A DNA stretch of 64,000 nt. It comes from an uncultured Chloroflexia bacterium. GTDB lineage: Bacteria; Chloroflexota; Limnocylindria; Limnocylindrales; CSP1-4. The notes beneath the pieces are model-generated. The model was given only the letters and a program-made list of their open reading frames with translations. It ran no database searches and had not been told where the DNA came from. Position numbers and translations under genes: made by a program. Shown here piece by piece: positions 22,776 to 33,095 of this stretch; the first letter of the stretch is position 1; each line of letters begins with the position of its first letter. The stretch lies in contig CAVXTU010000001.1 in assembly GCA_963764785.1 (NCBI GenBank), positions 478,015-542,014 of the forward strand, in the 5' to 3' direction.

Positions 22776-24112
22776 CTAGGCGCGGACGCCCTTGTCGGCG
22801 TGCTCCAGTGCGCCATCGAGGATCTCGAAGCCCTCGGCCATCTCCTCCTCGCTGATGGTGAGCGGCGGATTGCAATGGATGGTGTTGAAGCGGACGAAGG
22901 TGTAGAGGCCGTTGTCCTTGAGGTGCTTGGCTACCGCCTTCATCTCGTCGGTCATGCCGCCGTACGGCGCCATGGGCTCATAGGTCTCGCGGTCACGTAC
23001 CAGCTCCAGGATGCCGAAGAGGCCGATGTTGCGGTGTGCGCCCAGGCTGGGGTGCTTCTCGTAGAGGCGCTCCATGTGGGCGCGCATCACCTGGCCCATG
23101 CGCTTGGACCGCTCGATGAGACCGTCCTGCTCATAGACCTCGATGACCGCGAGCGCGGTGGCGCAGCCCATCGGATGGCTGTTGTAGGTGAGGCCACCAC
23201 CGAAGGGCACGTCGGCGAAATAGTCGGCGATCTCCTGCTTCATGGCGACCGCGCCGAGCGGCAGGTACGAGGCGGTCAGGCCCTTGGCCATGGTCAGGAT
23301 GTCGGGCACGACGCCCCAGTTGTCGATGGCGAACCACTCGCCCGTGCGCCCGAAGCCGCTCATGACCTCGTCGGCGATCATGACGATGCCGTGCTTGTCG
23401 CAGATCTCGCGCACGCCCTGGAGATAGCCGTCGGGCGGGATGAGGATGCCGTTGGTGCCGACCACTGGCTCGAGGATGAAGCCGGCGATGTTGTGACCAC
23501 CCTCGAACATGATCACTTCTTCCAGGTCGGCCAGTGCGCGGTCGACCGGCTCGGGGTCCTTGCGGCCATAGCGGTGCGGATCGGGTGCGCGATAGATGCC
23601 GGAGACGCCGGTCTCCGACGCCCAGCGGCGCGGGTCGCCGGTGGCCACCATGACCTGGCCGGTAGCTCCGTGGTACGAGCGATAGCGGGCCAGGATCTTC
23701 TGCCGGCCGGTGTACTGGCGAGCCAGCTTGATGGCGTTCTCGTTGGCCTCGGCGCCGCCGTTGGTGAAGAACATCACGTCGAGGTTGCCGGGCGTCAGCT
23801 GAGGCCAGCTTCTGCCCCAGTCGCGCACGGCCCTCATGGGCCATGAAGGGGTTGGCGTAGGCCAGCTTCTGGGCCTGGGCTGCGATGGCGTCGATGATCC
23901 GCTGGTCGCCATGGCCGATGTTGACGGACATCAGCTGGCTGTTCCAATCGAGATATCGCTTGCCGTCGGTCGAGTAGAAGTAGGAGCCTTCGGCCGTGGT
24001 CGACCGGGATAGGGTCGACCGTGTTCTGGGCCACCCACTCGAACATGGTGTGCTTCTTGGAGAGCGCCACGATCTCCTCGGCGCTCAGCGTGCCCTTGGT
24101 GTCGACTGCCAT
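22776..24112 (-). CDS. class III (omega) aminotransferase (two apparent +1 frameshifts near 23806-23810 and 23993-23999)
   Basis: Three successive frames read MAVDTKG...VDPIPVDH | [30 protein letters not shown]...RLGQKLA | [21 protein letters not shown]...[15 protein letters not shown]...TMAKGLT, a complete PLP fold-type I class III protein. Confidence 0.82.
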
Positions 24113-24226
24113 GTTGTCTCCTCGAATCGGCGGCGCGAGACTCCCGGTTTGAGATGCATCCCGGTGGAGCCGGTCAGCGCAGCACGTTGCCGGAGTGTGC
24201 CACGGATACCCACAGAGATGCGTGGG

Positions 24227-24613
24227 CTACGCGGCCATCAGGGATGTGTCATCGAAGGTGACCTCGACAAGCGGAGCCCCGTCGAGGAACGCATCCAGTT
24301 GCGGCTGTCGCTTCCAGGCGCGGACCACGTGGTCGATGATGGGCCGGCGCTCGCTCGGGTCGCTGATGATCCGAGCCCGGGCCGGCAGATCGGCATGGAC
24401 GCCCTGCTTGAGGTGAAACGTAAGCCGCGGGTCAACCTTGAGGTTGGCGATCCAATCCCTGGTCCCGGGCGAGCCACAGATGTAGATGCGACCGTTGACG
24501 TTGAAGAAGACGATCTCGATCCGGCGTGGCTCTCCCGATCTGCGGCCGATGGTGGTGATGTCGATGAGGCCGCCCTGCTGGAGGGCGGGACGGATGTCGT
24601 GCTTGTCGGTCAT
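24227..24613 (-). CDS. deazaflavin(F420)-dependent nitroreductase-family protein (DUF385-like)
   Basis: 128 aa: TTIGRRSGEPRRIEIVFFNVNGRIYICGSPG...DWIANLKVDPRLTFH fits the split-barrel DDN family pattern. Confidence 0.7.
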   Translation of the reverse strand: MTDKHDIRPALQQGGLIDITTIGRRSGEPRRIEIVFFNVNGRIYICGSPGTRDWIANLKVDPRLTFHLKQGVHADLPARARIISDPSERRPIIDHVVRAWKRQPQLDAFLDGAPLVEVTFDDTSLMAA

Positions 24614-24777
24614 GTCCTGTACCGATGGGAGTGCTTGCTCGGATACTCCACCCCAGTATCCGTGGCCACTGTGGCACAGGTGCTCGAGACACGCACAATC
24701 ACCATCGTGGCCCCGTCGCGATCTTCGGACGAGCCCGCCCGAACCGCAGCCGTAGCGTCACCTATGCTGCGTCTGCC

Positions 24778-26700
24778 ATGACGGACTGGATCCGAAGCCT
24801 GCTATCGATCGGTGCGACCGACGGAGAGGATACCGAGGAGCGGCTACGACGAGCGCTCGTGGTCGCTGCCGCGGCCCTGGTCATGCCCGCCGCCGCTCTG
24901 TGGGGCCTGATGTACCTGGCATTCGGCGAGTCACGATCTGCGCTGGTTCCCTGGTCATTCGTGCTCATCAGCTCCGTCGCCATGGTGGCACTGGCTCGGA
25001 CCAAGAACTATCCGGTCTTCGCGGGTGTCATCTTCATCACGTTCCTCATCCTGCCCTTCCTGCTGATGTGGTCCCTCGGTGGATTCGTGAGCGGCAGCGC
25101 AGTCGCGCTGTGGTCGTGGCTCTCACCGCTGGGCGCGCGCATCGTGGGCCACCGGCGGACCGCCGTCCTGCTCTTCACTGGTTTCGCGCTGGGTCTCATC
25201 ATCAGTGCGCTTGTCCAGCCGCGCCTTGATCCGGCCAACAGCTTGTCCGATGAGGTCATCGTCACACTCTTCGTCCTCAACGTCGTCGCCGTAGGCGGCA
25301 TCACGCTTGTCCTTGTCGATGCGTCGTCAGGTGGTCGCGAAGGGTCGCTGGAGTCCATGCGCGGAGTGGTCCGCCGCTACTTCTCGAGCGATGTCGCCGA
25401 TGCCATCCTGTCGGACCCCGGACGCCAGGAGCTGGGAGGTGAGGTGGCTGAGATCACGGTCCTCTTCGCCGACCTGGGTGGCTATACGACCTACGCGGGC
25501 GACCGACCGCCAGACGAGGTCGTGGAGCTCCTCAACACGATCTTCGCAGAGGCCGTGCCGGCCATCATCCGTGAGGGCGGGACGCCCATCCAAATCCCCG
25601 GTGATGCCGTCATGGCTATCTTCGGTGCGCCCCGAGCCATGCGCGATCATGCGCAGCGGGCGGCCCGAGCCGCACTCGCCATCCAGGATCGCGGTCGCGC
25701 TCTGGCCGCGGAACATCCCGGGTGGCCGCGTTTCCGGATCGGGCTCAACTCCGGACCGGCTGTCGTCGGCAATATCGGCAGCGACGAGTTTCGCAATTTC
25801 ACGGCCATCGGTGACACCGTCAACATGGCCCAACGATTCCAGACGATGGCCGAACCGGGCCAGGTGGTGACGGGACCGTCGACCGCTGAACTGCTCGACG
25901 ACGGCGCCGAACTGGAATGGCTCGACGCGCGACCCGTCAAAGGCAAGTCCGAGACAGTTCGCCCGTGCGTGATCCGGTCGGTCTCCGACGCGGCCACGAG
26001 TCTGCATCGGATGAGCCCAGAGCACCGGCACATCCCGTACCGACCGCAGCGCACCGAGCCCACCCAGATGGACGCCCGCGCGGCCGCCCTGTACCAGGAG
26101 ATGGACCGTCGTCGCTCCGTCCGCGACTTCAGCACTGATGCGGTGCCACGCCGGCTCATCGAATGGGCCATCCGAACCGCGTCGACCGCGCCGAGCGGCG
26201 CCCACCAGCAGCCCTGGACCTTCGTAGCGCTGAGCGATCCGGTCATCAAGCGGCGCATCCGGGTCGCCGCCGAAGCCGAAGAGCGCCGCTCCTATGAGGG
26301 CCGCATGTCGCAGGAGTGGCTGGAAGCCCTGGTCGAGATCGGGACCGACTGGCACAAGCCGTTCCTCGAGACCGCGCCCTGGATCGTCGTGCTGTTCGAG
26401 CAGATCCACGGTACGTTCCCCGACGGCAGCCTTCGGAAGCACTATTACGCGCGAGAATCAGCAGGCATCGCAGCGGGCCTGTTCATCGCGGCCATCCACC
26501 ACATGGGCCTGGCCACAGTGACGCACACGCCCAGCCCGATGGGCTTCCTCAGGGACATCCTGGGCCGCCCGCGACACGAGCGACCGTTCGTGCTGTTCCC
26601 GGTGGGCTATCCCGCCGATGACGCCACCGTGCCCGACCTGCGGCGGAAGTCCCTCGATGAGGTGGCCGTCTTCGACCCCACCGGTCCGGAAACCAGCTAG
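24778..26700 (+). CDS. membrane class III adenylate/guanylate cyclase reading in frame into an iodotyrosine-deiodinase-like nitroreductase module (26011..26700)
   Basis: About 6 hydrophobic helices, then the cyclase core (ITVLFADLGGYTTY...IPGDAVMAIFGAP...RIGLNSGPAVVGNIG...TAIGDTVNMAQR...VKGKSE). After 12 residues, MSPEHRHIPYRPQ...RRSVRDF...APSGAHQQPWTF...GTDWHKPFLETAPW...THTPSPMGFL follows with no stop between them. Confidence 0.75.
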   Translation: MTDWIRSLLSIGATDGEDTEERLRRALVVAAAALVMPAAALWGLMYLAFGESRSALVPWSFVLISSVAMVALARTKNYPVFAGVIFITFLILPFLLMWSLGGFVSGSAVALWSWLSPLGARIVGHRRTAVLLFTGFALGLIISALVQPRLDPANSLSDEVIVTLFVLNVVAVGGITLVLVDASSGGREGSLESMRGVVRRYFSSDVADAILSDPGRQELGGEVAEITVLFADLGGYTTYAGDRPPDEVVELLNTIFAEAVPAIIREGGTPIQIPGDAVMAIFGAPRAMRDHAQRAARAALAIQDRGRALAAEHPGWPRFRIGLNSGPAVVGNIGSDEFRNFTAIGDTVNMAQRFQTMAEPGQVVTGPSTAELLDDGAELEWLDARPVKGKSETVRPCVIRSVSDAATSLHRMSPEHRHIPYRPQRTEPTQMDARAAALYQEMDRRRSVRDFSTDAVPRRLIEWAIRTASTAPSGAHQQPWTFVALSDPVIKRRIRVAAEAEERRSYEGRMSQEWLEALVEIGTDWHKPFLETAPWIVVLFEQIHGTFPDGSLRKHYYARESAGIAAGLFIAAIHHMGLATVTHTPSPMGFLRDILGRPRHERPFVLFPVGYPADDATVPDLRRKSLDEVAVFDPTGPETS

Positions 26701-27546
26701 TCCTCCGCGGCTGTCTGCTCCTCGAGCTCGCGGCCCAGCTCCTCGGTGCGTCGATAGGCGGCGAAGACCGCATCCGAGAGTACGGTCCGCAACCGGCCCT
26801 TCTCCATCGCGGCGATGGCTGCCGCTGAGGTGCCGGCGGGAGAGGTCACCATGTTCCGCAGATAGGCTGGGTGGTCACCACTGGCCTGTGCCAGCAGCGT
26901 CCCACCGAGCAGCGTCTCGATGACCAGGTCATGGGCGATGTGGCGCGAGAACCCCAGGTGCACCGCGGCGTCGATGAGTGCTTCCATGACCATGAAGACA
27001 TAGGCCGGACCGGTCCCGCTCACCGCGGTCGACATGGACACGAACTTCTCGTCATCGACCTGCAGCTCCTTGCCCAGGCTGCTCAGCAGCGCCGCCGCCT
27101 GGTCCCGTTGCAACTCACTCACCCGGGGGGTGGCGTACCAGACCGTCATGCCCTTGCCCATCTGTGCGGGTGTGTTGGGCATGGCCCGCACGATGGCGTC
27201 GTGACGCAGGGCGTTGCTGAGCGCCTTGGTGGTGGGACCGGCCAGGATGGAGATCACCAGTTGGTCAGGACGCAAGGCGCCCGAGATATCGCGCCCGACC
27301 TTGACCAGGACCTGTGGCTTGATGGCCAGGACCACGATGTCGGCCGCCTCCACCGCCTCCGGGTTGGAGCCGGTGGTTCGGATCTTGTGCTTGGCGGCGA
27401 GCTCCTCGCGACGTTCCTCGCGTGGCTCGCTGGCGATGATCTGGGCGACCTCGAGATGACCCGCCGGCCAGCAGCCCGGTGATCATCGATTCGGCCATGA
27501 CGCCCGTGCCTACGGTGGCGACGGTCGCTCCCTTGAGTGATGACAC
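26697..27546 (-). CDS. proC: pyrroline-5-carboxylate reductase (apparent +1 frameshift near 27466-27472)
   Basis: GTG 27546: VSSLKGATVATVGTGVMAESMITGLLAG | GHLEVAQIIASEP...ADIVVLAIKPQ...VRAMPNTPAQMGKGMT...VSGTGPAYVF...VTSPAGTSAAAI. Confidence 0.85.
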
Positions 27547-27572
27547 GCTCGCGAGTATAGGTCGCGCGCGTG

Positions 27573-28498
27573 TCAGTCTCGTGGTGCCAGGGCCTCCAGG
27601 ACCTCGATGGGTCCGGCCGAGGGTGACGTCAGCGGGATGATGGCGACATGATCGGCGCCGGCCGCCTGATACTCATCGAGGCGAGCGCGAACCCGGTCAG
27701 GGTCGCCCCAGGCCACGATGTCGTCGACCAGCCGGTCTGAATATGGGGGCTCCCAGTCGGACTCGTCGAAGCCCTGCTCGCCGAGGCTGTTCTGGTAGTT
27801 GATCGACCGGCAGTAGGGGACCACGTAGTCGCGGGCGACCGCGCGGGCCCGTTCAGGATCAGGTTCCACGACGACCGCGACCGCCGGGATCATGAGCGAC
27901 CGTGGCCGCTTGGCCGGCGTGTTCGCATCCAGCACGTCTCGCATCCAGGCGACCCGAGCGGTGGACACGAGGTACGGCAGCGTGCCGTCGGTCTCCGATG
28001 CCGCCAACGCCAGCATCCTGGACCGCAACGCGGCGATCAGGACCGGTGGTTCATCAGGGTGGCAGGATCACCCAGGACCGGGCCGCGATACGGCATCTGG
28101 TCGTATGCCTCCAGATACTCCCGCATCCGGGTATACGGCTTCTCGTAGACGTGGCCGCGCATCTTCTGCACGAGGTGCACATGCGATACGCCGAGGCCCA
28201 GCGCGAACCGCCCACCGCTGAGCTCGTGCAGCGTCATCGCGCCCATCTTCGACGACATCGCATCACGCCCGAAGATATTGACGATGCTGGTGCCCAGGAC
28301 CATGTCCCCGGAGACATCCGTGATCGCCCCCAGCAAGGCGAAGGGATCCCGAGCTGACCCCTCCCCGACCCAGAGCGAGCCGTAGCCCAGTTCAGCCGCT
28401 CGTGCCACGAAGGGCCGTAGCTCAGCCGCAGGAAGTGAAGGCAGGTGTCCCCAGATGCCGATGGGCCCGAGGCGATTCGCGAAGTCGGTCATCCGCAC
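27573..28498 (-). CDS. LLM-class (luciferase-like) F420-dependent oxidoreductase (apparent -1 frame break near 28040-28066)
   Basis: ORF 28037..28498 (GIWGHLPS...LGYGSLWVGEG...RFALGLGVSH) and ORF 27573..28028 (PPVLIAALRSRMLALAASETDGTLPY...) are the two halves of one roughly 300-aa LLM protein. Confidence 0.75.
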
Positions 28499-28526
28499 AG
28501 TCTAGTTCCGGGCATCGCCCGGCCCA

Positions 28527-29340
28527 TCACGAAAGCCGGTGGGTATGCGACAGCTCCGTCGGCTGCAGTCCACCCTCGACAAGCGCCGCTCGGAGGATCT
28601 CAGGGTCACGTGGCCACATCGGGCCCGCCGGCCCGTCCACGGGATCGGCCGCCCAGGTCTGACTGTGCGTCGAGGAAGACGAACGTTCCGCCCGGCTTGA
28701 GCCAACCACGCACGATGTCGACGCGTGCGCGGAGTTCGACCGCAGTCGACGCGCCGGCCAGCAGGTACGCCGACACCACGATATCGACCTGCTTGTCGGC
28801 GGGCAACAACGGGTCCCGTTGGTGCAGATGCGCCAGGAGTCCATGGGCGACCAACCGCTGGCGCGCCGCTTCGAGCGCAGACCCCGACGCGTCGTAGGCC
28901 CAAAGCTCCCCCTTCTCGGCCAGCAGCGTCGACCACCATCCTGTGCCCGCGGCCAGCTCCACGATGGTGCCGGAGATGGGCACCCCATCCAGCCAGCGTG
29001 TTGCCTCGTCAAGCTCCATGGACCACGGTCCGTCGTGGAGCGGGCCCCGGGAGAAACGGCCCCGGCGCAGATACCAGTCGTCGTATGCCGGCTCGATGGG
29101 GTTCGGCGCTGGCACGCGGCACGATCGCCCTGGCCCTGGCGGGGCGGCAGCGTCGCCCGGCATCGCGGCGCTGGCCCGGTCGCGCAGTGCGGTCCGCAGT
29201 CGGCTGCGCAGGAATCCGTTGTCGTCGGCCTTGCCCAGGCAGTCGGGGCAGAGCGCGGCCCAGCCTTCGAGGTCATCGTCGGACCGGACCGTCCAGTCCT
29301 GGCCGCACCAGAGACAGGCGAATTCGTGGCGAAATGGCAT
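28527..29340 (-). CDS. class I SAM-dependent methyltransferase with N-terminal CxxC...CxxC zinc-ribbon (possible +1 frameshift near 28655-28680)
   Basis: FACLWCGQ...ALCPDCLG, then SAM motif I IVELAAGTGWW. The observed ORF ends at 28606, but the adjacent frame continues plausibly (SQTWAADPVDGPAGPMWPRDPEILRAALVEGGLQPTEL) to 28527. Confidence 0.6.
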
Positions 29341-29355
29341 GCGGCCGCGGACCGG

Positions 29356-30259
29356 TCAGTCGCGAGCTGCGGGCCTGATCCCGAGCGGACCAAGGGGGAT
29401 CCAGGCGTCCGACGGGCCTGAGCCGGCGAACGCCTCGGGATCGAAGAGCTCGGCCAGGAGGGAGATGCCGTCGATGACGCGAGGACTGGGTCGTGAGAAG
29501 AGGCCGCCGCCATCGACTGCGAAGAACTCGCCCGTCGCGAACGGCCTCCAGCCCATCGAACCAGTCAGGCAACGGGGCCTCCGTCAGCGATGCCGCAGCG
29601 GCGGCCGCGTCGGAGCCGCGCAAGGCCAACACCATGACCTCCGGCTCCACGTCTCGGACCCGCTCCCAGGTGGTGGCCAGAGAGAGTTCTCCTTCCCGGC
29701 CCAGAAGCTCCCAGCCCCCGGCGCGGCGGACCATCTCCGGTACCCAGCGTCCCGCGCTCATGAGCGGTTCCAGACCCTCGATGACCACCGCGCGGCGCGA
29801 GGCGATGCCCTGGAGTCGACGTTCCAGGATGCCGTTCTCCAGAACGGCCCAGGCGCTCCCGCAGGATCTCGACCAGGCCGACAGCCTCGTCTTCGGCCTC
29901 CGCGAACGCCCCCACCGTGGCGATGCTGTTGAGGATGCCCTCCACGGACTGAGGCTGCCAGCGCGACCAGCGTCACATCCGCGGCCATGGCCCCGACGGC
30001 GGCCGACGCCTCGGCGTACCCCACGACGCCATCGTCGTCATCCCCATCGGTGAGCACCAGGTCGGGCTGCAACTCGGCCAGGAGCCGGTTGTCGAGATGT
30101 CGTGCCGGTCGTTCCAGGCTCGGCGCTGATGGTGACCGCGGGGAGATCACGCACCTCGGCGGGAAAATCGCACAGATGGGTTCGTCCGACCAGCTGGTCA
30201 CCGAGCCCAAGGGCATAGACGATCTCGGTGGCGGACGGGACGAGGGAGACGATGCGCAT
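29356..30259 (-). pseudogene. BtuF/cobalamin- or siderophore-type periplasmic binding protein homologue broken by four +1 frame changes
   Basis: Five successive frames: [43 protein letters not shown] | [18 protein letters not shown]...DVTLVAL | QPQSVEGILNSIATVGAFAEAEDEAVGLVEILRERL | AVLENGILERRLQGIASRRAVVIEGLEPLMSAGRWVPEMVRRAGGWELLG | GEFFAVDGGGLFSRPSPRVIDGISLLAELF. Breaks lie near 30120, 29960, 29850 and 29535. Confidence 0.7.
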
Positions 30260-30346
30260 GGCTCCCCCATTGTCACCCGCCTCGAACGTCCTGTCCGCAA
30301 CGCGACCAGGCAGGCCAGGCCGACGCGATGCAGTAGCCTCTAGTAG

Positions 30347-31307
30347 ATGGCTTCCCGAGGACCCACAGCCGAGTACGACGCGTCTACCAAGGCCGTCGAC
30401 GTTCGCGCTGTCCGGAAGCGCTATGGCGATACCGACGTCGTCAGCGACCTGTCATTCGATGTCAGCCCCGGCGAGGTGCTCGGCTTCCTGGGGCCTAACG
30501 GCTCGGGCAAGACCACCACGATGCGCATGATCCTGGACATCGTTCGGCCCGCCGCCGGCGAGATCAGCGTGTTCGGTGGCCGCCCGGGCGTGGAGCACCA
30601 GGATCGTGTCGGATACCTGCCCGAGGACCGGGGCCTGTATCGCGACGTCAAGATCATCGACACCCTCACCTACTTCGGGTCGCTCAGGGGTATGTCCACG
30701 TCGGATGCCCGGTCCCGTGCCATGGCCCTGCTCACGGAGATGGAGCTCGCCGACGCGGCGGAGAAGAAGGCAGCCGAGTTGTCACGCGGCATGCACCAGA
30801 AGGCCCAGCTGATCGCGACCATCCTGAACGATCCAGACCTGCTCATCGTCGACGAGCCCTTCCAGGGCCTGGACCCGGTGAATGCGGACATGCTCAAAGG
30901 GGTCATGCGGGCACAGCGTGACCGTGGCGCGGCTGTGATCATGAGCACGCACGACATGGGCGATGCCCAGACGCTGTGCGACCGCATCCTGCTCATCGAC
31001 AAGGGCAAGCGGCTGCTATACGGGACCGTCGATACGATCCGAGACGCCTTCAGCGACGGAGCTGTCGAGGTCAGCGGCACGGGTTTGCCCCGGAGCGCCG
31101 ACCAGCTCGACGAGCGTGACCGATGTCCATGAGGTGGACGGTGCGGTGCGCTACCTGATCAGCGATGATGCCACGCCCCAGGACCTGTTTCGTGAGCTCG
31201 CCCAGAGCGGTGCCCAAGTAGAACGGTTCGCCGTGCAGGCGCCGAGCCTTGACGAGGTCTTCATCCGCACGGTGGCGGGCGACCCTCGCGCCGAGGCGGT
31301 TCGATGA
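30347..31307 (+). CDS. ABC-2-type exporter ATP-binding protein, NatA-like (apparent +1 frameshift at 31081-31128)
   Basis: [32 protein letters not shown]. The C-terminal domain continues in the next frame ([49 protein letters not shown]). Confidence 0.8.
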
Positions 31308-32572
31308 GCCACTCGCGGAGCCAGCATCAAGGCCGCTTTCGCCTGACCCGACTGGTAGCACGCCGCGAGTACCTGCGGACGGTGCGACGCCGTGGCTATA
31401 TCTTCGGGACGTTGCTGCTGCCGCTTGGTATCGCAGCCTTGATGGCCATCTCCACGTTCTTCTCGGTCAATGGCAAGAGCGGGACCGGGGGCCCGGTCAG
31501 TGGCACTATCGTCATCGTCAACGATTCCGACCTTCAGCTGCCTGTCCTCGACAGCGGCCCGATCCGGGTGACCGCGCTGTCCGACGCTGAGGCGACAGCG
31601 CAGTTGGAGTCCGGCGCGATCGCGGAGTACTACGTCCTGCCCGCCGACTTCCGCGCCGAGCGACAGGCCACCCGAGTCGAGCCCGATTCGGGGCTCAGCG
31701 TCTCCCGGCTGGAGAGCCAGCAGAACAAGGAGGACCTGCTCCGTTTCCTGGTTCGATCTGCTCTGCTGCAGGAAGCTGGGCTGGACCCGGAAGCGGCCAA
31801 CGCGCTGCTGGCGGGTGTCAGCATCGTGGCGGTCACCACGGACGGCAACCAGGTATCGGGCCTTGACGTCGCTGCCGGCATCGCCGTGCCGATGGTGTTC
31901 GTAGCCATCTTCATGATCAGCATCTTCATCACCAGCGGCTACCTGCTCCAGTCGGTCACCGAGGAGAAGGAGAATCGCGTCGTCGAGATCGTGCTCAGCT
32001 CGGTGCCGTCGATGCCACTGATGGCGGGCAAGATCCTGGGGCTCGGCGGTGCCGGTTTGACCCAGGTCGCCATCTGGGTCGTGACTGCCCTGGTGGCGAT
32101 ACCGCTGCTTTCGAGCCAGGTTCCGGATCTTGGGCCTATCGAGCTTGATCCCACGATCCTGGTGCTGGCACTCGTCTACTTCGTGCTGGGATACCTGGCC
32201 TACGGGGCCATCTTCGCAGCCATCGGAGCGATCTCGCCGGGGAACCGCGAGGCGCAGCAGTACTCTGGCTTCCTGGGCTTCTTCGCAGCCATCCCGTTCA
32301 TCCTCTTCTCGGCGTTCCTGACTGACCTGACCTCACCGGTGGTGCTGGCATTGACGCTGTTCCCCCTGACCACGCCTACCGCCATGCTGCTGGTGCTGGG
32401 CCTCTCGGAGTCGACGCCATGGGCCCTGGTGGGCGCGTCGCTGGTCAGCCTGTCCCTGTTCGCCATCCTCGCGACCTGGGCCTCAGCGCGCATCTTCCGA
32501 GCGACCGTGTTGCTGTACGGAGTCCGCCCCAGCCTCAGTCAGCTGGTGGCCGCCATCCGGTCACCCAGATAG
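31304..32572 (+). CDS. ABC-2-type transporter permease, NatB-like
   Basis: 422 aa: N-terminal TM helix, a large extracytoplasmic loop, then 5 TM helices with TEEKENRVVEIVLSS. Its start overlaps the natA-like stop. Confidence 0.8.
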   Translation: MSHSRSQHQGRFRLTRLVARREYLRTVRRRGYIFGTLLLPLGIAALMAISTFFSVNGKSGTGGPVSGTIVIVNDSDLQLPVLDSGPIRVTALSDAEATAQLESGAIAEYYVLPADFRAERQATRVEPDSGLSVSRLESQQNKEDLLRFLVRSALLQEAGLDPEAANALLAGVSIVAVTTDGNQVSGLDVAAGIAVPMVFVAIFMISIFITSGYLLQSVTEEKENRVVEIVLSSVPSMPLMAGKILGLGGAGLTQVAIWVVTALVAIPLLSSQVPDLGPIELDPTILVLALVYFVLGYLAYGAIFAAIGAISPGNREAQQYSGFLGFFAAIPFILFSAFLTDLTSPVVLALTLFPLTTPTAMLLVLGLSESTPWALVGASLVSLSLFAILATWASARIFRATVLLYGVRPSLSQLVAAIRSPR

Positions 32573-32668
32573 GAGCCGTAGGGGGCCCAGCCTGGACGAG
32601 AACGACCCACGCTGCCGGTGCGGGATCAGGAAATCCGATGTGCTCTGGGTGGAATGGTTGTCTCTAGC

Positions 32669-32956
32669 TCAGGCGGGCTTCCATTCGTTGATCTTGGCAC
32701 GAGCCGCTTCCTTGTCAGAGAACCACACCGCATTGACCTCGGTGTACTTGGCCTGGTCCGCAGGCACCGAGTCCTCGGGAAAGATCGCCGCGACCGGGCA
32801 TTCGGGCTCACAGGCGCCGCAATCGATGCATTCGTCGGGATCGATGAAGAGCATCCTGTCGACGCCTTCCTCGAAGTGGATGCAATCCACCGGACAGACC
32901 GATACACAGGACTGATCCAGCGTGTCAACGCACGGCTCGGCGATGACGTAAGTCAT
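32669..32956 (-). CDS. 7Fe-type ferredoxin (FdxA-like)
   Basis: MTYVIAEPCVD...CVSVCPVDCI and CIDCGACEPECP cluster motifs. AAGGAG RBS precedes ATG 32956. Confidence 0.88.
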   Translation of the reverse strand: MTYVIAEPCVDTLDQSCVSVCPVDCIHFEEGVDRMLFIDPDECIDCGACEPECPVAAIFPEDSVPADQAKYTEVNAVWFSDKEAARAKINEWKPA

Positions 32957-33095
32957 GGACGTAACTCCTTCGCTCTCTCGGTTTTGACCGAGACGCATGC
33001 CCCGGCGTGTTCGATCGCTCGTCGCTAGCGCCCATCTTACTCAGGCCCGCCGCACCATGGTGCCCCAAGTGAATGGCCGCCCGCGGCGCCCGGTA

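Noticed and set aside
32975-32992. Hairpin tctcggt-tttg-accgaga between the ferredoxin start and the cupredoxin stop, considered as a terminator.
   Set aside because: On the transcribed (minus) strand it is not followed by a T-tract, and it lies within about 20 nt of the ferredoxin RBS. Its function is ambiguous, so it was not called.
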